Assembly (NCBI GenBank): GCA_965655095.1
Contig: OZ296651.1
Coordinates: 117,552,001 to 117,616,000, forward strand
Direction of reading: 5' to 3'
DNA length: 64,000 nucleotides
Origin: Haplodiscus bocki
Taxonomy: Eukaryota
The notes beneath the pieces were generated by a model, which made no database searches, was not told the origin of the DNA, and worked only from the letters and a program-made list of their open reading frames with translations. Within the stretch, counting starts at the first letter, position 1. Every line of letters begins with the position of its first letter. Below are positions 1-11,700 of the stretch, in pieces. The translations under genes and the position numbers were made by a program.

Positions 1-3000
1 CACCGGCTATTTTTTCATTCACAATAGGTTTCGTTTGCACTTTCACTTCATTCTCACCAGCAGAGGCTAATATCTTTGTGAACGCCCGACCTTCCACACC
101 GGCAGCATACTTTGCAACGTATCGTGAACACATTTCGTCGTCACAAATTTGGACGTTCGTACTGCTTTCGGTGAAAGCAAACAAAGCTGCATTTGTTGGT
201 GACGAGTGTTCATTGTAAGCAGCAGGGTAGTGATGTTTTCCAGCTCTCAGTTCTTCTTCAACTTTGTCCGTTGAAGAGTTAGGGTCAATATAGGACAATT
301 TCATGCTTCTCAGCAGGTCCCAAGTTTCTTTGGAGTAATTAGGTTGTATTTCCTTGTAAGAGAACCCAACTGATGCAGGATATTTAGGTACCCTACACAC
401 TGGCTTTCCCGACCAATCAGTTTTCTTTTTACATCTATTTTTTCCCTTGCCACAATCGTGCCGTTGGTATTTTTGGAAAAGTTTTCCCAACCGGAACCGT
501 TCTCTATCCGATAATGCTGGACAACATTTGCTCAAGGCGCCCATGAATGTTTCTTTCGAACAGCAGACTCGGGATTGAACTTCCGGACCAAACTTGTTTT
601 CTCCGGTACACACTAGTGCATGGATGTGTGGAAAGGCCGAAGTTTCATCTTGCCACTCGTATCTCATCCATAAGTGAGAGATTGGTCCCAAAGGTTGCTC
701 GGCCGAACACTTCAACCATTGCATTACATACAGTGAGGCGCGATGCCAACATCTAAGCATAGGCATTAATTCACTTTGTATTACAGATAGTCTCAGTTCT
801 TTCGAGTAATATCGGGCGGGTAAAGTTTGTCAATAGCCTGGAAAATTTTCCGCAAGCCAGGGTGAGTAGATTGCCCACATGTGTATGTAACAAAATAAGT
901 GGGGTTTTTATCTCTAATGAGTGCTGCTACTTCGCAGACATTTTTCCGGGATTCTGCACAATCGAACTTGAACGTTTCATCGGAAAAGTACTGCTAATTA
1001 GTAGGCGCACTGCCCAATTCTTGCCAGCCTCTGTTCAACACAATCCGAATATCAGTTTTACTCAATTGTAAGTTTAAAAGACAGTCAAAAACGAACTGAA
1101 GATATGATGCGTGACTGGAGGTTAAAAGCGACCCATCAGTGATGCGAGTTCGCAGCATGTTCTCTAAACCTGCAAACCCCACTTGTTTGTTGTATTTTTC
1201 GGATTGGAACAGGGATATTGGAGTTGCTCCTTCAATGCTGCCATCGTAATTTTGGGACCAGAAAATAGAAGGAAAAAGCAGTCCTTCCGGTTGAAGCAAA
1301 GGCGTTGATGATGTCGAGGAAGCTGTAATGTTTTCCATGAAACGTTTCTCCTTAACGGTTACGGTAATGGGATGAATTTTTTTCCTGTACAGTAAGTTGC
1401 ATCGAGAATTCAACAGTATGTGGAGAGGAATATTGTAATTTTCCTCACTGACAGCCTCTTGTACAGCAACAATGGCCCTTTCACCCGAACACACGTTCAA
1501 TTTATTCATCACCATAGTTGCTACGTCGGAAGTCCCTTGTTAAAGGAACATAATGTTTGTCACAAATGAAAACTCCTTGACCGGTTAAATTACTGAGATA
1601 GTGCCACTTTACAGTCGACACTTTCTTAGAGTTAGTTCCTCGGTAGATTAAAAAACTCCAGTAGCCTCGTAGAATTTTTTCTATTAAGGTCTCAGGTGAC
1701 TCCAACAAAGGTTCAGCAAACTTGTTAGCTTTCAGTGTACGCCAAAAAATGCAGAAGGGACCACCATGCCGAAGCAAAATTACAGCGTCTGTACCCCGAG
1801 AACCACAACCACATCCCACAAGCTCAAATTGGACATCAAACACGATGATATTGCGAGGTGGGTTGACCTTGTTCCTCAAACTGTTCACATCAGTTGTTGT
1901 AGCAATCACGTGTTTCGTATCCATGGTTACGTCGCGCACAATTTTCTCAGTCAATTCTATTCTTTGGCTCAAATGCAGATGGCATAAGTCAGCACATAAT
2001 GCATGCAACACCACGCCACCCGCCTGAAAAAAGTTTTAAATCATGTTTGGGTTGTCATTGTTAGTCGCCGCGTTGTTCAATATACTGTCAATGTCAGCTT
2101 GAGCTTGTGAAATACGCTGCAACTTGCTTTCTTTTCCAAACCCAGCAAATGTATTACGCAACAGTGACAACAAATTTGTTGCCAAAACGTGGTTAACGCC
2201 GGATACCATGGATGAACATAAAATTGGAGAAATGCAGCATGCTGCTTGAAGAAACCAGAGTGTATCTCCAGTATCATTGATCAGAGGAGGAGGTGAGCAA
2301 CCATGTTCATTGTTTGGTTGAGCCAAAGCGTAGCACTGAAGAAATTTCACATTACTCAAAAGTTCTTGTTCGTTTTTGTCCATCACTTTCGTCAATCGAA
2401 TGCAGGTGTCAAGATCTACGCCGACATGCTCCGGCATTTTTTCCTTTTTCGGCTGATATTGAGAGAGATCAGTGGCGACATCTTCAATCAACTTACCTTG
2501 AACAACCCATTGTCTAATTAAAATTGATATATCTGACCTGAAAAACATGGCGGTTTCTTCAACCTGGAACAAACGATTGCTAGCGATGTTCCAACGCCGT
2601 TTACGTCTCAACGAAACAGTACTCATACCACTATAAGACCCAACGCTCCGAAACAGTTGATAGATGTGGCTAGCATAATTAGCCTTTAAGCTACTCACAC
2701 ACGACAATGAAGGTGATACAATGGCTAATCGTTCCTCAAACAAAGTTGGAATTCGTCCCAGCTCCGGTTGCCTGGGGGATGCAAGAACTGTAACGCACAT
2801 CCCCTGTCATGCGCAGAACAAGTTTGCACAACCAAACCTTCTTTCTCATGTAACCGCAATGTGGCAGCCACTAGAAACGTCTTTAAGCACATCAAAGGGC
2901 GCAAAAAGTCGAGTCTAGCGCCTGAGTTTTTTGAATGCAGACGCTTGGAATGATGTGAAAGTTCTGTCTATTAAGTTTACAAAATGCTGCGCTGGTATGT

Positions 3001-4690
3001 AGCCAGGATCTTCGATAAACGTCCAACAACCGAAAGGGCAACGTATGTTTGGATACGGTTCCAAGTCCAAATCTTCAGCCATTTCTTTTTGTCTCATTGT
3101 TGTCATTAGTTGCTCGAAACGTTTCAGTCTCTGTGTTCCATCAACAGTACAAGTGCCAAAAATACGCCGCCGATTCAAAACACGCTGGATGCAGATAGAG
3201 AAAAGGGTAATTATCCCTAGCCAATGTTGCCTTATTTCCAGGGGTAACAGCGAGCAAAGAGCGACTAAACAAGCTTCTGGCTTGGAAGTATCAGAAAGGA
3301 GCGTGAAAAAAACAGCTGGCCAAGCCATTTGCCAGTTAACCTTTGGTGCAGTACAATAGTTATAACAGAAACAACACAGATGTACATTTTCGTTTTTCAG
3401 CTTTTTGCCGAACTTTCTATTAACCAATCCAACTTTGCTGTAGGCCTTAATGTCGAACGGATAATATACCGTGGCTTGACGCATGCACTTGCAACAAATG
3501 TTGGCAGCATCGACAGTATCTGTCACAACCAATTTTGACTCAGTTTTAACGGTTGATTCTTCAGTCAATTCCGATGATGGAACGAAATTTTCAGTTATTT
3601 TCAGTAAAATCTCATCAGCCAACTCGCCTCCAGGCAATCTGTGAAACTGATCTTGTCGATGTTCCACAGCAGTTGCAGGACGGCCTCTACTTCGCGTTGT
3701 AGTATTTTCTCCATCACAAAGAGCTTCTGCCAAACAAAAAGATGTCACAGCTGTATTAGTTTCTCTATCGTCGATCAAATATGTGGCGACTGGATATTCT
3801 GAAGACCGTCTGCGCTTCTGCAACGGCTCAGTTTCATCAAGTGCTGCAAGCGCTGTCTGGATTACGTGGCAGTGAGTATTCATTGCTGAATTTGCGCATT
3901 GACTACTCGAACCAGCAACATTTTCTGATAGGAGTGATGAAGTGTGGTATGTTTCGGTCAAGCCACTAATTACCTCAAAGTGATCTCCAGTTCGCGTTTG
4001 TTGAATGAAAACGCCTTGTCTGTCATTTGAGCAGTCGCATTTGTAAACGAACCAATTTTTCAAAAGACTGTGGTATAAATAAACGTCTAATTTAAAAAAT
4101 TGACAGAAGGTATATATTTCAACACAAGTGCCAAAAACTCCATTTTCTGCCATTCGCGATGTCTGCAGGTAGTGGTTGACAGTTGGACTGGTGAGAAGTT
4201 TGTTCTGGTTGGGGAACTCAGCGGAATAGATAGAAGTTTGCAAACTGTTTTCCGGAAAGGTTACCGAGTCCATGTTACTCACAATATGTTTCCTCAAATC
4301 ATGACCACTTTCATGAGAGAAACCGATAGCTACGCCCAGGGCAGTGAAAGGACAATTACCATCACCCGTTATTTTAAGACTCTGCGAGGGTTGAACAGAA
4401 GTGAGGCGAATGTTAGTTTTATTCACAATTATGCCGCTTGTTGGGGAACAGGATAGTCCCATCGCTTTCAACGTTGATTCTATGTGCAGGGTATCAACAG
4501 ACGAGACCAGCAAATTATTATCAGCTATACTGTACAAAATTCCTAATGGTTCGCTGGTTGAAGAAACGTTGTCAGTGGTATTTGGACAGGAGTGATTACG
4601 TTCACTGAAGCGTCCACATTTTGCACAGCGACGTCTTTTCAAATCACTCTTGCCAGATGGCATTGCTCTTTCACAACAAACTTCGCTCAA
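1..4690 (-). pseudogene. Disrupted OTU-Rep(HUH) polyprotein, N-terminal half
   Basis: ORF pieces 2915-4690 (KRRRCAKCG..H.C; GDGNCPFTAL; HFE), 2036-2800, 1502-2014 and 994-1515, plus YFVTYTCG and RYEWQDETSAFPHIHAL on the minus strand near 615-905. Multiple stops and frameshifts, and an internal deletion at 1514. Confidence 0.88.
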
Positions 4691-4861
4691 AAGTTTATCA
4701 ATAACTCATCTTTAATAGTGAATACAATGTAAAGAGTAGGCGCCATTATATAACCAACGTACAAAATGACATCGTTTTGCTCGGCTTTCAAACTGTTCAA
4801 TTAACGGTAGCATCTAATTAATTCGAAAAAAGTAGTATCCAGAAAAATATATGCAATGTGG

Positions 4862-4899
4862 GCCTTGGGTTTGCGCAGTTAACGGAGCAAAACCAAGGC
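4862..4899. promoter_or_regulatory. 12-14-12 inverted repeat upstream of polyprotein (one mismatch)
   Basis: GCCTTGGGTTTG-N14-CAAAACCAAGGC; same arms at 22664 and 60069. Function inferred only. Confidence 0.55.
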
Positions 4900-7800
4900 A
4901 TTCATCAGAGAATGAAAACAAACAGGTACTTACTTGGAGAGGCGGCGATGTAATGAGTGTTAATTGCGAATCTTGTGTTGTTTAAAAATCGTATTTAAGA
5001 AAATAATTTCCGTTCGCCCATACAAGTGGAACGCATCTCGATGTTACGGATTCCCGTAAATTAGTAGTGTACATGGCGAGTTCTGTCAAGTTTTTTTCCG
5101 CAATCCTCAGTAAAAGAGACTACAATGCACATCACAATGGTTCTTAGAAACCAACAATGTTCAGTTGGAAAAACCAACTGAGAACGCATAAGTGTTGAGC
5201 GAATTCATACGGACTTCGAAAGGTGTTTGGGAAAACTGTGCACTTTAGCAGGCCTGCAAGTTAACCTAAAAAGAGTAATCATGAAAAATGAGGAGGCAAG
5301 AAATGGAGAAAAAAAAGTTTTCCGAGATCTTACTATTAATTCAGGCAAACTAAAATTATGCCCTATTCTTTATGACTGAAGTCTGACACGAGGTGAAAAT
5401 TGACTCCACAGAAAAATATCTTCACGTAGAAAACCCGAAATCCTAACAAATTAGAGAACTATGTTTAAAAGATTCTTACCATCTTGTTTTTCTCTTAGTA
5501 AAATCTTGGCTTCCAAAATCATTGCATGATACGGAAGTTATGGAAGCTGAGAAAACCAGGTGATTCAGTTGAGAAAACAACTGCTTGGAGCAGTGGTTGA
5601 TCAATAAAAATTATATCAAAAATATCGACAGCGTTTATGTAAATGCTAAAAATGAAACATTCAAGTTGATTATTGTACAAAGCAGATGGGATTTTTGACA
5701 GTTGAAACAAGAAACAGCAAGAGGCCCTCTTTTTCCCCCGCGAAAAAACACGTTAACAATTTTACCTTGTCAAAGTTTCATTTGAACACCTGAAGAATGT
5801 AAACTTTCAGTATTTGCCGAAATTTATTGAAATTGTCGTCAAACAGAAGTCATTTTTTTATAAGTGCGTCACAAAGTTGATCCACAGTCCCATGCGTGGT
5901 ACTTCCACGCCACAGATAACACACAGTTTGCTATGAATGTTGAGGCAGTACTTTCCACCAAAAAGTATTTTCCACAAGCAAGGCTTTTCGCTAACATCTG
6001 CACAAAACGCGTCCGAATCCAAACAGTGTTGTCGGAAAAGGCAATTTTTTGCGGTCAAAACTATTGATAATATGATCTGAATTACGGTCATTCGATCTTG
6101 AATTTCGCTCCAAAAATGGTAAAAACGATTGAGTGGTTGATCACATGGAAGATGAAACGAAACTCACAGGCAACACAAATATGAAGATTTTTCAATAGCA
6201 TGAAAAACACGATGGAATGACGCACACACTGTCAAGTTTGTCAGAAACCTATAGGTAATGTAATTCTGCGAACATGCACGTTAACACTCCGTAGCTTTTA
6301 GGCGGTAGAAGGGTAAAAAATTAATGAAAACATTTTCTCCGTAGCAAAACCATTAGCTTGCTCAACTCTGAGGAGCCCGTTGACACTGTTCGTTCAATGC
6401 CAATCATCTTTGGAATCCATCGGTATAAATTTAAAGTTACGATTATGTTGTACACTTTTCAATTTTTCTTACGCCTCTCATGCTCCATCAGCCACATTAG
6501 CAATTCATGTAGGATGATAACAGCGGAGTTCCCCTTTGGAATTCGGAAATTGTGGAAGAATACCCAGTAGTCAGTCAACGATTCTTACAAATATTATCCA
6601 GCATTCTTCGTTCAGGAAAACGTCAGTTAAATAAATTACCCGAAACAATTAGCTCAATTTATCGACAGAAGCCACACGATGTTGACCATAGTCAGTTGAG
6701 ACTTCAGTGAGCCACGATTCACAAGAGGAAAACTTCAAACGATGGAATGACATGAGAAAAGTGTCTACTTCAGAGGGTTCAAATGAGGGATGGGAAATTG
6801 GCAAAGTCTAGTTGACGCTAAAGAAATTATGATTTCATATCAAAACGCTTTATACAAAAACTAACTTCGGCAATAGTTGAGAAGAATAACACTTTGCTAT
6901 ATTTCGCACGACCGCGGATAATTTTTTTGACAACGAGAAGCATTATTTCACAGAAAAATCAAAACTTACTTTGAAAAAAGTTCGAAACTCCCATATGTAG
7001 GCTTCAGAACCAACCAAATATATTCTTCCGAAAAACTCAGGTAAAAGAATTCGTGAAACGCGACAATTTTTGAACGGTCTGTAGAACAATAAAATCTTCA
7101 AAATCGGAAACACCCAAAAACGACATCAAGAGTAAATAAGCATCGTTTCAACTGTACACATTACCTCCACATATTGTTGAAGTTGCTTACACTAACCACA
7201 TTTCATGTTGGCAAAAGCTCAAAAAGTAGATAATCGAAGTACTGCTTTCAAGAGTTCATAAATGAAAGGCACATATTTAATCGACTATCAGTACTGATCC
7301 GCCATGAAGTTGGCCTTTATCTTGTCATAATTTATGGTTCAAGATTATTTGATGAAGCCAACTGTCTCAATTCAATGATGATTATGACTAGTAACTTTTC
7401 TCATCTTTTTGTTTTCCAAAAGCATCCAACGTTCTATATATGTATTTGGACGACGCATGAATAATATTGTTACATAGTGGATGAAATGTCATGGCGCAGA
7501 ACTTCCTATTCATAAATTTTCTAGTACAGAACACCTAACTGTACATTTTCATGTTTTGAAAAAATCAACTCATGTGAAATAGCACACAACACTTATATTG
7601 TTCCTCTGAAGCACAAAGGAAGGCAACGAGAACCACGAAGAATTGCTTCAAGTACATGACTCATTGCGCAACCAATAGATTTTTTTGAAAAAAGTGGATT
7701 AACTAAATGGAACGGAACTGTCCTGAAAACGTCCATTGTTATGGAAGCCGGTAACGGGTAGGTCTCCGGAGATATATTTCAATTCAGCAGCTGATAAAGT

Positions 7801-8123
7801 GGAAAATTTGTTACTTTACCGTTCTGAGCTGACTTCCGGAAAAAATCGACCGGAAAGTACGTTTGCCATACTTCATTGCTGCTGTATGAACTTAAAAAAA
7901 CCAGGAAGATTACTATAGGTTTTGAGGAACATCCTCACATTTACGGTGTGAGACGACCTTTGTACGTATCAGTTGCATCCGCATTGTGCGAGTTAATCTT
8001 CAGTCTGGAGAAAAGTATCGTAAAAAAAGAACAAACAACAGTTTCCAATTATTTAAACAAAAAATTAGATTCCGAACCAATCACCAGAATTGATACCGGA
8101 AAAAAATGAATGCAAAAAAAACC

Positions 8124-8165
8124 CGCCCTCTAGTAAATTGCACCGTTGCCTCCACTGGGGGGTCA
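8124..8165 (+). repeat. Junction motif J1 (A|B), core CCTCCACTGGG 8149-8159
   Basis: CGCCCTCTAGTAAATTGCACCGTTGCCTCCACTGGGGGGTCA; homology of A to D ends here. Confidence 0.9.
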
Positions 8166-8760
8166 TGGGATTGCGCCCGTCATTGGGCCTTTCCGAGGCG
8201 GGGGAGGGGCCCCTTTGCCGAGGTGTAATATATAGAGAAAGACCCTATGCAGACATGTGCTGCGTACACGCGATTTCAGCTCCTACCCATACGATTTGAT
8301 TCAAACTTTGCATGCAGGCACAGTTTACAATTCTAAGAACAATGGTGCAAGTTAGATCACTCTAGCAAAAATGATTGGGGAATTATGACGGGATGATTCT
8401 GTTTTTTGGCCCCTTTTGGCAGTTTTTTACCAACCGCCCTGCAAGTAACCACATGCATTTGGCCGAAACTTTTTGTGTAAAGCATAATAACTGTTGGCTG
8501 CACACATGCAAAAAATTTTCCACCAACTCGTCATAGGTGTGGAGATATGACGCATCAAATTTCGAAAAAAATGCCGAAAATCGATCATTTTGTCATAGCT
8601 CCCACATTGAACTACCTAGTTTGCGCTCTGGAGTGTCTCCAGTATGAAATTGACTCCATAACTTGAAAAATAATTTTTCGACGATAAAAAATTTTTGGCC
8701 ACTTTGCCGAAAAAAATGACGGTTATGACGAATTTTCCGAAAAAAAACATTTTTTACCAA
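8161..8760 (+). repeat. Terminal module of B: GC-rich hairpins plus three degenerate ~160-180-bp repeats
   Basis: CCATACGATTTGATTCAAACTTTGCATG; TATGAC anchors at 8384, 8546 and 8724; diverged homolog of the modules at 26199, 27251, 46494 and 63367. Confidence 0.75.
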
Positions 8761-11700
8761 AAAACTAAATTTTCCTTGTAGAATTCGTTTCTGATACTTT
8801 TGTGGTCGGATTTTTTTCGGAAATTGCTTTACTGCTAAACATTCTTCAACTTGGGGTAAATTTTGGGGTAAAACTCATTTTGCGAAAAAAATCAATTTTT
8901 GGGAAGATATCAAATGATGTTTTGTTATTTTTGTAAAAGTGTTATCTGGTACTTTTACGAGGATCAGTTCGCAAAGTTTCTGGAGGCAAGAAACATTTCC
9001 ATGAGAAAAAAACGAATTGAACCGAGCAGCGCAGTTTGTATGGTAGATGTCTTCTCTGTTTTTCCCTTCGATAATGCAAGGAAATTTTCGAGCGAAAAAA
9101 GTTCGGCTATTTTCAGGAAAATATTCTGAAAACCGGAGATCTTCCTCCGAATCCCCAATGAAAAACGAGAAATCTCAGGGTTTCCGTTGTACATACCGAT
9201 TGTGGTGTTGCTTTCAAGCTAAACGTTTGTAATTTTATCAATGTCAAAAGCAGCTTTTAAATCTAAAAAAAAAAGAACATGCAGAATAATTCACAGTCAG
9301 TTTTAACAAAATAATTGTTCCCTAACGCAGCAATTAGCTGAGACACTGGCCCACAAATGTGTGTTAGGCTTAAGCAGCCAATTGAAAAGGTAGCCTAAAT
9401 ATTTCGAAAATTATACGAAAGAGCAAAATAGGTGAGAGTCAAATTCAAGAGATAATTGTTCCATAACGTACGTATCGGTTGAGACACAGGCCCAAAACAA
9501 TATGTTGTGCATCTAATTGGTGATTCATCTAAAGTTTCAGCGCATCAAGTAGACGCTTAGCAGATAACGCGATAGTATGCGATATGATTCTTAACCTACA
9601 AAAAAAAAATTTTTGGCAGGAAAACAGGAACTTTTACGCGTGCTGTTTTGGTTACGTGTTTTTCCTACCTACAAAAGGTACGAATGACAAAACGATCCTG
9701 TTTACTGTGTTACTACAGCATTTCAGATTGGTGTCACGAATTTCCAAAAAAAATAATTGAGGGTTTTTGTAGTTTCAGTTATGGATAATGCAAAAGGAAA
9801 ACTCCTTTATGCCCTGCATGTCTCTTCAAACCAACATTAATGTGTTCCAAAAGAAATACGGCAACTTGGGATGCATCAAAATTACAGTATGCAAGTGGTT
9901 TTAAAGGCACTGTACATCATGCGCTTAACTTGAAAATTCTGAGAATTGAAAAACTGAGCAGCCGAGACAAATTTTTTGATTGAATGTAAACAATTTTTTG
10001 GGGACACAACAAACCTAAGGCAAAAAGTTGATTCAAACACATTTTTCAGGTATTCCACGCTATTTGGTTGAGCAAAAACTAATTTTTGAGGGTTATGCTC
10101 CGACTTCAATCAAGTTAACATTATGTAAGTGTGGTAAACTTGCTAAGACTCGAAGAAGTCACATTTAGTTGCATCTATGTAATCAATTTCTTAATCGCCA
10201 CTTGCTTCAACTGTTGATACAAAGAGAGCTTTTGTTAGCATTCTGAAACTGTAGCTCCTGAATCTTGTCAATACCATCAGAAGCAAGACAATATGTTTCA
10301 TCTGGAGCGTGGAAATCAAAACGAGTACAACTTTACTTATGGGCGATGTTGTTTGTCGACATCTCAAAATAAAAGTCAACAGTTCTAAGCCTGACAAACT
10401 CAAATCTCATGAATGTGTGCTCGTATTCATCGAGTGAACAGGTCATCTTTTGCGTGTTTACATAAACAAATAGCAATGTAAAAATTCGGTTAATGAAGAG
10501 TTTCAATTTCACCTTGGCTAAAGTCTGCATTAGGTCAAGAATAAGAGGGTCAACTATTTCACATCCTGCGCCGGTCGCAATATTCATTGGCGATGGATAA
10601 CATGCAGAAAGCGATGGGTTCTGTTGACTCCTTCTAAATACTGGAAGTGTTCTCGTTCCGATTGTTACGCAAGTATTCAGCAAAGAACTGGAGGCATTGT
10701 ATTAGTACGGGAAATTGTTAGAGGGTGATTGTACAGGCAGTATGAAACTTATTAGTGTAGCCGACAGTCGAAATTATACATACTACGTTGTAAAATCCAT
10801 AATGTCTAAAAAAATGAAACAATCTCGCAACCTTTATACCACTTCTACGAAAACAAAAACCACGTTAATCGAAAGGTGTTGGCCTTTCGGTATACATTTG
10901 TAGAAACATTGTCACATCATTTGCATAAAAAGCAATTTGTTGAAGATTGAAGAAACTTGTTGCAAAGTTATCAACGCCATACAGAACCTTATGGTTGCGA
11001 AACGAAAGTAACGCTGTAACCAAGTTTACTGGAACTTTTTTGGAAGGGTAATTTCAACCAAGAAGAAATGGTTAATGAAAACTTGGCTTCCGATGCGGAC
11101 GAAAGAACATGCACATTTTGGTCAAAGTGTTAATGAGCACCGTTAGAACTACATTACACAATGGAGGTCAAAGAAGACGAAGCGGAAGAAAAACGCTGGT
11201 ACATAATCAAAAAGATGCTTTCGGATAAAAGCCACTATCTTTCATTGCCACTAATTTTCAATCAGTTATTCGGTGAATCACAATTTGATAATCCATATAA
11301 AACGAAGGAGAACTCATAAGCTACCAAAAAAATTCGACTGGTGGACATTCCGCGGCAGAACTTCATATCACCGTTTAATATCGACAAAAGTTTTCTACAA
11401 GTATTTCATTTAGAAAGTCTGCGCTGTAATACAACTGAGATACGACGTATTCAAGAGGCCGTGCTATTGTACAGTGCAACAAGCAATACAATGAGGAAAA
11501 GCCAAATGTGAAACTAGAGCCACAATGGATATATATTTACTTAAGAAATAGGAATTGAGGCAAATTGTGGAAAGAGAGCAATAGTCAAAAATTGAAACAG
11601 CTTGTTGGGACTCAACTTTTATGAGGCGTGGGCATTGACATCGTGAAAATTTGATTCAAACCAAGTAATGCGAAGAAAAGCACAGTGGCCTTAAACAGTG

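Larger units (their letters stand above)
1..8159 (-). mobile_element. Unit A: Helitron-like element, family A/D/E, cut by the window start
   Basis: Colinear with unit D (A 1-8150 aligns to D ~54893-63355 by eye). Carries Rep and OTU remnants and ends in the shared junction motif at 8149. Confidence 0.85.

Noticed and set aside
4850-4915. Hammerhead, SECIS or snoRNA at the 12-14-12 stem (minus-strand CTGATGA)
   Set aside because: A/D lack GAAA after the stem and B lacks CTGANGA, so no complete core exists in any copy.
5858-6091. Cys-rich small ORFs in upstream or spacer regions (also 12415-12654 and 23150-25100)
   Set aside because: Short and disrupted with no diagnostic motif; they may be gene relics but cannot be supported.
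8141-8165. Junction motif as a host tRNA/5S/snRNA/spliced-leader target
   Set aside because: No recognisable match to these RNAs on either strand by inspection; flanks are element-specific.
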